Positions 54,967 to 63,929 of a stretch of DNA of 64,000 nucleotides are shown here, piece after piece. Within the stretch, counting starts at the first letter, position 1. Each line of letters begins with the position of its first letter. Under the pieces are notes generated by a model. It was not told where the DNA came from and did no database searches. It was given only the letters and a program-made list of their open reading frames with translations. The stretch is from a virus, in IMG/VR virus record IMGVR_UViG_3300023276_001265; one strand, 5' to 3'. The translations under genes and the position numbers were made by a program.

Positions 54967-56604
54967 ATGTCCAAGCATCACCTCAATCTGATCGAAGGCT
55001 GTCTCTACAGGACACCTCTCATTTTAGAGGCGAAATCGCCGACCGACATGTCCTGGGACCTCGGCTTCCACCACGCCAATCGTGGCAAGAAGGCTGAACC
55101 TAACGGCCCCACCGTCAGCGACGGTGACGCCTACATGGCTGGGTATAACCACTCCAGGCAAAAGGTGACAGCCGCACAGCCGGATCACGGTCAAGGTGGC
55201 GACCAAGAACTACGTCCCTCTAACTGGGCCGATAGTCGACCAGAACAGGACATCAAACCCAGTATGAGACTCAGTCTCCACGATGTGCCTAAATCCGTGC
55301 TAACCCTTGCGAAGGCCCTCGAAGCGGCTGGAGGGCGTGCGCTTGTGGTTGGTGGAGCGGTACGTGACAAGATCATCGGCAGCTCTCCGAAGGATTGGGA
55401 CGTCGAAGTCTACGGGATGGACCCGGACAAGTTGACGGAGGAGCTTTCCAAGCTAGGTCGAGTTGACGCCGTTGGAAAGAAGTTCGGCATCCTGAAAATC
55501 GTCATTGGGGACGAGGACTTTGATGTGTCGATCCCTAGACGTGAGAATAAGGTGGGCCAAGGACACAAAGGCTTCATCCCCGTCCCAGACCCGACAATGA
55601 CGATCAGTGAGGCGGCTAAGCGGCGCGACGTCACCATCAACACCGTGTCGATGGATCCGTTCACCGGGGATGTCTACGACCCCTACAACGGGGTCGATGA
55701 CATCAACAACCGCGTACTAAGGGCCACGGACCCTGAAGCGTTCGCCGAAGACGCGGTTCGGATACTTCGCGGTGCCCAGTTTGCCGCCCGATTTCAACTC
55801 TCTGTAGATCCTGAGACGATGCAGCTAATGGCGGACGCCGCTCCGGAACTCGCCCTTGAGCCCCCGGAGCGCGTTGGAGATGAATGGCGGAAGCTCCTGC
55901 TAAAGAAGGGCGTAAAGCCGTCTATTGGCATGGAGGTGCTAAAGCGGTCTGGCGCCCTGAAGATCCTTCACCCCGATCTCGCCTCTCAGGCTGATAGTGA
56001 GTCCTGGGAAAGGCTTAAGCAGGTCACAGATCGTTCGATTGGCCTCACCGCCGAGTCGGAAGAAGACTTCAAGGTAATGGTTCGTTTTGCGTCAGTGTTC
56101 CACAACACTAATCCGCGTGGAATGGCCAAGATGCTCCACTCAAGTCTGAGGATTCCTAAAAACTCTGGGCAAGCGATGAGGATCGAGCGACTGGTCGGAG
56201 CGCTACCTCACGCTAACAGCGAGATGTCGGACGCTGATATCCGACATCTGTCCAAGCGTCTTAGCCCTAAAAATATCCAAGACCCGACTAACACATCAAT
56301 CGAAGCCTTCGCTCTCCTGGTCGGGAGTGTTCGCGGTGAAGAAGAAGGAGCACAGCTCCTTCAAAGGGCAGAAAATCTAGGTGTGAGCAAAGCGCCACCT
56401 GTTGAGCTCTTCACAGGAGATCACCTGAACAGTTTCGGGGTTAAGCCCAGTCGGCAGTTCGGAGAGATCCTTAGGCAGGTCTACAAATTGCAGCTAGACG
56501 GCCAGGTTGTAGACCTTGATAGCGCGAAGGTAGCCGCCAGGCAACTCGCCGGGCTTCCTCCAGAAGATCCAAGCCAGCAGCGAGAATCGCTCAACCTGAT
56601 CTAA
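54967..56604 (+). CDS. cca: Class II tRNA nucleotidyltransferase (CCA-adding enzyme) with tag and RMF-like hairpin
   Basis: VGGAVRD..KDWDVE; RRDVTIN; EDAVRILRGAQFAARF; PERVGDEW. Confidence 0.88.
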   Translation: MSKHHLNLIEGCLYRTPLILEAKSPTDMSWDLGFHHANRGKKAEPNGPTVSDGDAYMAGYNHSRQKVTAAQPDHGQGGDQELRPSNWADSRPEQDIKPSMRLSLHDVPKSVLTLAKALEAAGGRALVVGGAVRDKIIGSSPKDWDVEVYGMDPDKLTEELSKLGRVDAVGKKFGILKIVIGDEDFDVSIPRRENKVGQGHKGFIPVPDPTMTISEAAKRRDVTINTVSMDPFTGDVYDPYNGVDDINNRVLRATDPEAFAEDAVRILRGAQFAARFQLSVDPETMQLMADAAPELALEPPERVGDEWRKLLLKKGVKPSIGMEVLKRSGALKILHPDLASQADSESWERLKQVTDRSIGLTAESEEDFKVMVRFASVFHNTNPRGMAKMLHSSLRIPKNSGQAMRIERLVGALPHANSEMSDADIRHLSKRLSPKNIQDPTNTSIEAFALLVGSVRGEEEGAQLLQRAENLGVSKAPPVELFTGDHLNSFGVKPSRQFGEILRQVYKLQLDGQVVDLDSAKVAARQLAGLPPEDPSQQRESLNLI

Positions 56605-56723
56605 ATCAGGTCAGCAGCTATCTGCTGGCTAATTAGGCCATTAGACATTCGGCTCTAATGCTCTGTAAATGATTAAGCCTAGTCAACCGTACTGATGCGT
56701 AATACGCTGCATTGGAGGGTTGT

Positions 56724-57056
56724 ATGGGACAATTTGAGATAGGACTCATTTACAAGAAAAGTGGACGCCTCCACATCGCGGTGGACCCCGACACACTTGT
56801 CAGCTGCAAGAACGGCAAAGCCAGCAAGATTAAACCGACATCAAAGTATGAGGTGGTCCGGTCGATCTCAGTTGAGGCTCTCACAGAGAGCTGGGGTATT
56901 ACCCTCGATGCGTTCGACAAACTGGTTGGCGCCTACCTTGGTCCACCAGAAGGTTGCGTCAAGGCAAGGCCGCGTGGAACGCGCCGCACTACCCAAACTG
57001 AAGAGGACTACTGGAAGCGTTCGCGCACTGGCAGGATCGCTCGGCCTCGTCTCTAA
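56724..57056 (+). CDS. Basic hypothetical protein
   Basis: GGAGG SD before ATG 56724. Confidence 0.6.
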   Translation: MGQFEIGLIYKKSGRLHIAVDPDTLVSCKNGKASKIKPTSKYEVVRSISVEALTESWGITLDAFDKLVGAYLGPPEGCVKARPRGTRRTTQTEEDYWKRSRTGRIARPRL

Positions 57057-57063
57057 TAGGCGC

Positions 57064-57315
57064 ATGACCAAGTGCACTAACGAGATAACCGGAATGGATC
57101 TTACCTGCGGCGAGGTTGGGTCCCACGACCTCAGACGCTACTGCTCTGACGAATGTGCGGACCGAGAGGGAAAGGCAGAGCTAGCGGCCCTCGGCATTAC
57201 GCAGGGAATGATGGAAGAGGCGCGTGACGGCTACTACGAGTGCAAGGATATGATCGAGCAACGCAAGGGCAGAAGTTCTACTTCCGGCGAAGAGACACCA
57301 TCGTGCTCCCCCTAG
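57064..57315 (+). CDS. Small Zn-finger-like protein
   Basis: C..C..YCSDEC. Confidence 0.5.
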   Translation: MTKCTNEITGMDLTCGEVGSHDLRRYCSDECADREGKAELAALGITQGMMEEARDGYYECKDMIEQRKGRSSTSGEETPSCSP

Positions 57316-57721
57316 TCGTCAGACTAAGGGTGATGATGTTGTGGGCCAAGAGCGCGTCGATATAGACGTCGATGACTGAGATTTCGAGGTTGAGCTCACG
57401 GCAGAGACGTTGTTTCGTCCGAGCGCCGTGGTCCACAAGATTCTGTAGGATTTCTTGAGCTGTGATACCACGGAGGTTGACGTCGGTGGGCGCCGTCAGC
57501 CCCTGGCGGATTCGGTCGTCCTCATCAGCACGGCGACGGATATCGGCGGCTACCCTACGACTGTAGGGATTCAGCTCTACATGTTCAGGGCAGTATGGTT
57601 TGCCCTCACGTGTGGCTAGCACGCACTCATCCGCAGAGCACGAACGAGTATTGGAGAGACTTGATTTGACTCTCGCCGGGAGCACTACTTTCATTTCCAT
57701 CTCCGTTCTGTCGGAGCCCAA
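57278..57721 (-). CDS. Zn-finger plus winged-helix protein
   Basis: CSADEC..YCPEH; RTKQRLCRELNL..YIDALL..II. Confidence 0.6.
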   Translation of the reverse strand: MGSDRTEMEMKVVLPARVKSSLSNTRSCSADECVLATREGKPYCPEHVELNPYSRRVAADIRRRADEDDRIRQGLTAPTDVNLRGITAQEILQNLVDHGARTKQRLCRELNLEISVIDVYIDALLAHNIITLSLTTRGSTMVSLRRK

Positions 57722-57804
57722 ACCGTAGACATTCGCAAATGAACGTCACTAGGTCCAGAACTCCTAGTCTGCTTTTACCCAGTTACGACAGGTATACATA
57801 AGTC

Positions 57805-58107
57805 ATGAGGACACCTAGTTGGATTGCAATGGAGCAGGTTCGGCTCGACTCCAAACTTGCATTCACGATAGAACCGGCGCCGCCCCATCCTCCCAGGTCA
57901 GAGCTAGCCTTGGAGAAAGGTCAGAGAGTGTTCCTTCTAACCATTGAGGGAGAATTTCCAGCACGGGTAGTTAAGGCCTGGACTGGAGGAAATATGCTGA
58001 TCCCCGTCAGGGCTCTCCTCGATGGCGCCGAAGAGTCCCGATGGATTCGAATGCACCGTAAGAGCTTTAGAGCTTTCTCAGTGCTGGATTTGCTGGCTGA
58101 TGTGTAG
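57805..58107 (+). CDS. Hypothetical protein with C-terminal SVLDLLADV motif
   Basis: 100-aa ORF; GGTATAC upstream. Confidence 0.6.
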   Translation: MRTPSWIAMEQVRLDSKLAFTIEPAPPHPPRSELALEKGQRVFLLTIEGEFPARVVKAWTGGNMLIPVRALLDGAEESRWIRMHRKSFRAFSVLDLLADV

Positions 58108-58178
58108 AGGATTCGTACCACTGAGAGTTTGGAGCTATCGCTGATTCTGGAAAGCATCACATCTGATACACTTAGTGG

Positions 58179-58670
58179 ATGATATTACCGAAAACCCCCA
58201 GATACGGCACCTTCGATCAACTCATGGAGAATCGTCCGGGGCACGGCGGCTACGGAGATGTGACCTGGAACGTAGGACCTCACTCATCCCCCATCCAAGA
58301 AGGTAGGGTCGTGTGGGCAGATGTGGGACGTCTGCTGACCATGATTCCTAAGAAGAAGTTGGCTGAGTCGATTGATCGATTCGTGAACTCGGCCAGTCAA
58401 TCCATGGTTCGCGGTGACGTTGTAGAGGTCCCAAAGATCGTATTTGAGGGAATGGCGGCTGTGATCGACCCAGCGCACCATGGCGCTATGGTCGCCGCAA
58501 GTAGGCGAGGTGCGACCCGCGTACCAATCGTCTACCAGGAGGGCTCTCCTGGCGTCCTAGGGCTAGGCGGTGTCGAGCCTATCTCTCCGGGTCGCCCTGA
58601 CCAGAGCCCTGACCAGAAGTGGCGCTGGAACGGTCGTAGCTGGTACACCAACGACAGCTTCGGCAAATAG
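58179..58670 (+). CDS. Degenerate ParB-like protein with a Trp-rich tail
   Basis: VIDPAHHGAMVAASRRGATRVPI; SPDQKWRWNGRSW; N-terminal TFDQLME. Confidence 0.55.
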   Translation: MILPKTPRYGTFDQLMENRPGHGGYGDVTWNVGPHSSPIQEGRVVWADVGRLLTMIPKKKLAESIDRFVNSASQSMVRGDVVEVPKIVFEGMAAVIDPAHHGAMVAASRRGATRVPIVYQEGSPGVLGLGGVEPISPGRPDQSPDQKWRWNGRSWYTNDSFGK

Positions 58671-58772
58671 CTTTATTTATCGATTTTCAGGCCTCATCGC
58701 CCAAATAAACCTTCCCAGTCGGGTAAAAGGTTGAGAGCTTAAGTATGTACTAACCCCCCCAGGAGAATTCTC

Positions 58773-59039
58773 ATGATGATCTTTCCATCGTCCATGAAGC
58801 CCAAGGCACTACTACAGAACAAAGGTCAGCCTCACCCGTTTAAGTGCGACCTCTGCGGTGAGTCCGATGAGGGCGTATGCGTTCAGCCAGACGATTCGGA
58901 GCGGAGCGCCTGGGCCGTATTGCCTGAGGAATGGGAAGAGGTCGAGGATCGCAGACCGAAGGTCAAGCAGAAATTCATGATCGTCTGCTCCAGTTCGGAA
59001 TGCCTCCACAAAGCCCACGAGCGGGCCAACGTCGGGTAG
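58773..59039 (+). CDS. Zn-ribbon protein
   Basis: CDLC..LPEEW..CSSSEC; AGGAG SD. Confidence 0.6.
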   Translation: MMIFPSSMKPKALLQNKGQPHPFKCDLCGESDEGVCVQPDDSERSAWAVLPEEWEEVEDRRPKVKQKFMIVCSSSECLHKAHERANVG

Positions 59040-59227
59040 CCATTGGCGTTAGGATCATCGCCGAGAACCAGGTTGCACGAAAGCCGTGAGAGTTGTAATT
59101 TGGTCGATACGGGGCCAGAATCTAAAGAAAAATAGATTCTTCGAACATTCGGGCCATGAAGTCGGGTATACGAACATTGCAGCGACGATGATTCTACCCA
59201 CGACACAGACAACAGGAGGTTAAACCA

Positions 59228-60931
59228 ATGGCCCACACTTCGACCGATACCAACACCTACATTGGCGTTCACGTAGGCGCCGCCCTTAGCAGGGCAGCAA
59301 ACAAGTACAAGACGCTCTGGGAGGCCATTCTTGAGGCCATTCAGAACGCCATTGACGCGGGGGCCAGGAAGGTCAACGTCAACATTAACCAGCAGACCCA
59401 TACCGTCTACGTCCATGACGACGGCGAAGGGGCCTCTGTAGAGCACATGAACGCGGCCCTGTTGCTGGTCGGCAACTCCCTGAAGCCGAAGAGCGAGGGT
59501 AAGCTCGGCCAGTTCGGAATTGGCGTCATCGCCAGCTTTGGTAAGTGCGAGCGCTTCATCTTTACGACCACCCCAATTGACGGTAGTAACGGCACCAAGA
59601 AGTGGACCTTTGAGTGCGCGAAGCTGAAGAAGCTCTCTAACACTGGCCGCATTCCGTGCGTGGACGTTACGAACGATCAGTGGTGGCGTTCTGAACTCAT
59701 CATCAAGAACTACACGAAGGATCAGCTGCGTTCAGCCATCAACTTCGACGAATTCTGCACCGCCATCTACGACCGCTACAACACCGCCATGCTGCGGTCG
59801 CCGAAGACTACTGTCTTCGTCAAGTTGACGACCCCCGACGGCAAGCACCACGCGGCAAAGCTGACGCCGCTGAACTACACGGGCAGACCTCTGAAGGTTT
59901 GCACCTACGATAGTGACATCTGTGGGCAGACCACGATCCGCATGTTCATCGCTAAGAAACCTCTTGGGGCGAACAAGAAGCGTAAGGGCCGCGTCAAGCT
60001 CATGGACTCGACGGGTTACACGATCCCCCTCTCTGACAAGGCTCTGTCTCACCTCCTCACCAAGAAGGACGTGAACACTCTCACCAGTGGCTACTTTGAA
60101 GGCGAAATCGTCTTCTCCGATAAGCTACGGGTAGACCCCTCTCGTAGATTCTTCAACGAAGACGAGATCACGCTTGAGGCCACGAGCCACATCGAACTGT
60201 GGTTGAAAGATCACGGGCGCAAGCTCATCTCCAAGATGGAGGATGAGGAGTCGATGACTCGTTACCGGAATCTCGGAATTGGCTCGCTCAAGATTATTCG
60301 CAGCCTGGCGTCGTCGATGGGACTTAAGCACGTCCTCAAGTGCCCTAGCTGGGGCCACCAAGGCGATGCTCACACCAAGAACAACGCCGAGCGTAACGGC
60401 AAGATCGCCGCTACGTCCATTGATGGGACCGGCAAGCGGACTCCCAAGGACAAAGACAAGGACAAGACCAAGACGCCACGGAAGCCTAGAGAGAAGAAGG
60501 CTCACAACCCGCTTGCGGTGGGCGGAGGTGATAAGTCTAGAACTCAGGTGAAGGATACTTCCACCGGACTGATTCTCGATTTCGTCCCCTCTGACAAAGA
60601 GGCTCTTTGGACATTTGACAATGTGAATGGGATCATCGCTATCAGCATCAGCCACCCTGTGTGGGTAGAGTCCGATCGCCTTGAAGGGACCACTGAAGGC
60701 GTTCGCAATTTACGTCTCCAGCATCTCCAGGAGCGGATCATCCTCCACGTTCTCGTAGCTCTGAAGCTGGAACAGGACAAGAACGACGGAGGCATCCTGG
60801 TCAAGCCCGACGCCTACGCTCAGGAATTCGTTAAGTACGAGCACTTTTTAACCATCCAGGCAGATCGTATTGCCAAGCGTGGCCGCTTCCGCCAGAGCGG
60901 AAAGCACACGTTCGGAGGAGAGAACAAATGA
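59228..60931 (+). CDS. GHKL (Hsp90/MORC-like) ATPase
   Basis: EAIQNAIDAGA; HDDGEG; GKLGQFGIG; AGGAGGT SD. Confidence 0.85.
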   Translation: MAHTSTDTNTYIGVHVGAALSRAANKYKTLWEAILEAIQNAIDAGARKVNVNINQQTHTVYVHDDGEGASVEHMNAALLLVGNSLKPKSEGKLGQFGIGVIASFGKCERFIFTTTPIDGSNGTKKWTFECAKLKKLSNTGRIPCVDVTNDQWWRSELIIKNYTKDQLRSAINFDEFCTAIYDRYNTAMLRSPKTTVFVKLTTPDGKHHAAKLTPLNYTGRPLKVCTYDSDICGQTTIRMFIAKKPLGANKKRKGRVKLMDSTGYTIPLSDKALSHLLTKKDVNTLTSGYFEGEIVFSDKLRVDPSRRFFNEDEITLEATSHIELWLKDHGRKLISKMEDEESMTRYRNLGIGSLKIIRSLASSMGLKHVLKCPSWGHQGDAHTKNNAERNGKIAATSIDGTGKRTPKDKDKDKTKTPRKPREKKAHNPLAVGGGDKSRTQVKDTSTGLILDFVPSDKEALWTFDNVNGIIAISISHPVWVESDRLEGTTEGVRNLRLQHLQERIILHVLVALKLEQDKNDGGILVKPDAYAQEFVKYEHFLTIQADRIAKRGRFRQSGKHTFGGENK

Positions 60932-61638
60932 CCGACACTGACGCACAGATTGCGCCGACCCTGCTAGAGCGGGTGATCGACTACACGAATATCCTCGACA
61001 TGGAACGGAAGAGAAAACTCGCCGACTTTGTCGGCGTCCAACCGCAGACCGTCCGTCAATGGCAGAGGGGGAAGTCCGTACCGATGGGGCGAAGGGCCCT
61101 CCAGCTTCACTACCTACTCGAATGGGTAGGGTATGGAGATCATCAGTGGAGAGAGACGAACGTCTCGGCTGAGATGGTAGGCAGGTGCTTGGCATTTGGC
61201 CTTATCTCTGACGAGAAGCTCCTAGATGCGTTCAAGGGTGAATGTGATGAGCCGACCAGAATCACGCAGATTTTGAGCGGCCATAAGCACATCACGCCGA
61301 GAAGCCAAGAGATCATCAACGACCTGGCCGATGAATTTAGTTGGCACGTCCAAGACGCCCAAACAAAATGGGCGTGTCTCAAGGTCTCCAACGAAAAGGA
61401 ACGACTGCTCTCTGAGCTAGCTACTCGTCTCCGTAATATCCTGCCGCTGGTCAAGGACATGGTCTCGGACAACTGGTCCGAGGGAGATCGCTATGAACTC
61501 CGAGATCGTGCCGGTACCTATACCGTGTTTGAGCTCTACCACGCTATGGGTGCTCTTTGCGGAGAACGTATGCGGCAGGCGAACGAATCTGATCGCTCCG
61601 AAGCTGCACGGGCGGCATTGATGATCACAAAGGAGTAG
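60928..61638 (+). CDS. XRE-type HTH protein
   Basis: RKLADFVGVQPQTVRQWQRGKSVP; ATGA overlap with the ATPase gene. Confidence 0.75.
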   Translation: MTDTDAQIAPTLLERVIDYTNILDMERKRKLADFVGVQPQTVRQWQRGKSVPMGRRALQLHYLLEWVGYGDHQWRETNVSAEMVGRCLAFGLISDEKLLDAFKGECDEPTRITQILSGHKHITPRSQEIINDLADEFSWHVQDAQTKWACLKVSNEKERLLSELATRLRNILPLVKDMVSDNWSEGDRYELRDRAGTYTVFELYHAMGALCGERMRQANESDRSEAARAALMITKE

Positions 61639-61654
61639 TCCGCGAAACCAACTA

Positions 61655-61680
61655 GAAAGCGCCCCAAAGGCGCTTTCGTT
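61655..61680 (+). terminator. Probable terminator hairpin
   Basis: GAAAGCGCC-CCAAA-GGCGCTTTC, weak U tail. Confidence 0.55.
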
Positions 61681-61708
61681 ATGTACAGAGATCCGCTAGG
61701 GTTTACCC

Positions 61709-62008
61709 ATGTTCCACAACTACCAGACTAAAGAAGACATCCAGGCGATCATTATCGACGCGCTCGTCTCGATGGACCGACCATCGTTGATGGTCGAAGT
61801 GTCGTCATGGGCCTGGCATCGAACACTGATCGATGGGACCGCAGACACTGTCCGCCAAACCATCAAAGTAGAGATGGCCCACATGCAGAATGTCGGCGTC
61901 CTCGATACTGTCTTTCGTAGAGGTGCCGGTTACGGGATCTACTTCGTCATCCAATGCCCATTGTCCGCGATTGCAATCAAGCAGGTACAGCAAAACAGCC
62001 AGGCATAA
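61709..62008 (+). CDS. Hypothetical protein
   Basis: 99-aa ORF. Confidence 0.5.
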   Translation: MFHNYQTKEDIQAIIIDALVSMDRPSLMVEVSSWAWHRTLIDGTADTVRQTIKVEMAHMQNVGVLDTVFRRGAGYGIYFVIQCPLSAIAIKQVQQNSQA

Positions 62009-62053
62009 ACCTGGCTGCTTTGAGGCCCGTTAGTCGAAACCGCAGGGTGGGTA

Positions 62054-62353
62054 TTAGTCGTACTGCGAGTTCTCGGTGGGGAGCACTGGCTCCTGAATGA
62101 CGTTGCTGTCGCCCGAGGAATCGGGTGGAAGCGTGCCGGTGCTTTGCTGCAGACCGAGCTGATCCGCGAGCGGAACAGCAATGTAGTGGTCGGGCAAATA
62201 CTGGAGACCAGCAACCCGAGCACGGGGGACTGCATCAAGTGACGCGGCTGCGGCGACGACGGCAGGAAGACTTTGGGCCGCATTTAGAATGTCGCCCCGG
62301 AGGTAAGGAAGCCCCTCGAAAGTGAGGTCGGCAGTCAGAACGTATCGAGCCAT
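62054..62353 (-). CDS. Hypothetical protein
   Basis: GAGGAG SD; 99 aa. Confidence 0.6.
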   Translation of the reverse strand: MARYVLTADLTFEGLPYLRGDILNAAQSLPAVVAAAASLDAVPRARVAGLQYLPDHYIAVPLADQLGLQQSTGTLPPDSSGDSNVIQEPVLPTENSQYD

Positions 62354-62611
62354 GTCAATCTCCTCTGTTGAGAGTATTCAATCTACATCAGAAGGGTAAC
62401 TGATGCCACAGAAGTGCCGAAAACAATCGAGCCGCCCAGTAGGCGGCTCGACCGCCCTATGACGGCCCTCACCCGCGCAGGGTGAGTTACCTAGATGGTC
62501 CCAATCATTGATGCTCTTCGCAAGGGTCTAGCGGGGCATCAGGCCTTATGATGTGCTATGTAGTGGTGTCGGCAGGAAAACGCTAAACTGACGTCACCCC
62601 AGGAGCCTCTA

Positions 62612-63331
62612 ATGGGCATGACCGAAGACGAAATCAAGGCTTACGTTCTCCGACGCCTGGGCTCTGGCATCATTGACGTCGAGCTGACTGGCGCTATGCA
62701 GAATGACGTCATCAAGGACACCAAGCGCTGGTTTGGATTCCGTGTTGGCCAGAAGCGAGTGGTCCAGATTCCGCTCACAACAGCTACTAACGTCTACATC
62801 CTCGAACCGGACGTAACTGAAGTTCTGCGGGTGTTCCTACCGTCATCCCACTTTCCAGCTGTGGATACAGACGACTTCTCTTACACCTATTCGCTCCTAT
62901 TCGGACAATGGCGCTCCCCAGGAGCATCACCAATGCCGTATTCCGACCTCATTCAGCGCCTCCAATACCTGAATGTGAGCAAGAGGATCTTTTCTGCGGA
63001 CCGTGAATGGACCTATGACAGGGACACGCATGAGCTTCAGATCATGCCCCGCCCATCCATCGTGGGCAACGCGCTGATCGAGGTGTGGACTAAGGACATC
63101 GATACGCGTCAATTCGGCCCAGAAGACGAGGACATCTTCCTTCGCTACTCACTGGCGCACTCTAAGACGTTCCTCGGTGAGATCCGATCGAAGTACGACA
63201 GCATGTCTATGGTCGGAGGGGATCGGAGCCTGAACGGTGAATCCCTGCTTGAGGCTGCTAAAGCGGAGAAGGAGCAGCTTGAGAAGGACGTGATTAACTG
63301 GAGGAGAGCTACCCCACTCATCATGGAGTAG
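62612..63331 (+). CDS. Neck/head-completion protein (T4 gp13-like)
   Basis: IKAYVLRRLG..IDVELT; LGEIRSKY..LNGESLL.AAKAEKEQLE. Confidence 0.85.
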   Translation: MGMTEDEIKAYVLRRLGSGIIDVELTGAMQNDVIKDTKRWFGFRVGQKRVVQIPLTTATNVYILEPDVTEVLRVFLPSSHFPAVDTDDFSYTYSLLFGQWRSPGASPMPYSDLIQRLQYLNVSKRIFSADREWTYDRDTHELQIMPRPSIVGNALIEVWTKDIDTRQFGPEDEDIFLRYSLAHSKTFLGEIRSKYDSMSMVGGDRSLNGESLLEAAKAEKEQLEKDVINWRRATPLIME

Positions 63332-63884
63332 AGTCGTTTATATGAGCAAGTGGAGACCAATTCCTGGGTTTGACGGTTACTGCGCTTCTGCGGATGGGGA
63401 GATTTTCTCTGCAAAGAGGAACGTAGTAATGAAGCCTCAGAAGATGTCGAACAAACACAACGCTCGCCATCTTTACGTGGGACTCTACCTAGGTAAAGGG
63501 CGGCGCATGCGCCGTGGGGTGCATCAACTTGTGGCATTAACTTACCTGGACCCCAAGCCGACCACGGAGCACGAGGTCAACCACATCAACGGCGATCCGA
63601 CGGACAACCGGTCGACGAATCTGGAATGGCTCACCAGGGCTGAAAATGAGGCGCACGCTGTAGTCAATAGGCTCAAGGCCAGCGGTAAGCGACATGGCAG
63701 GAGCACGAAACCAGAACGAACGGCACGCGGCACGCGGCATGGCCGATCTAAGATCACCGAGGACATCGTTAGGGAGATCAGAACTTTCAGAGAAGAAGGA
63801 GTAACCGAGCCGGTATTGGCAGAGAGGTTTGGAATCTCCAGATCGCTGGTAGGTCAGATCGGGCGCTGTGAGATCTGGAAACAC
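63290..63884 (+). mobile_element. HNH cassette with a replacement 3' end of the neck gene (boundaries approximate)
   Basis: VINWRRATPLIME* encoded at 63290-63331 and 63885-63926 with different codons. Confidence 0.8.
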
Positions 63885-63926
63885 GTAATCAACTGGCGCC
63901 GTGCAACTCCTTTGATCATGGAGTGA
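63342..63926 (+). CDS. NUMOD4-HNH homing endonuclease with C-terminal HTH
   Basis: WRPIPGFDGY..S..G.I; VHQLVA..VNHINGDPTDNRSTNLEW.T..EN. Confidence 0.92.
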   Translation: MSKWRPIPGFDGYCASADGEIFSAKRNVVMKPQKMSNKHNARHLYVGLYLGKGRRMRRGVHQLVALTYLDPKPTTEHEVNHINGDPTDNRSTNLEWLTRAENEAHAVVNRLKASGKRHGRSTKPERTARGTRHGRSKITEDIVREIRTFREEGVTEPVLAERFGISRSLVGQIGRCEIWKHVINWRRATPLIME

Positions 63927-63929
63927 TAG

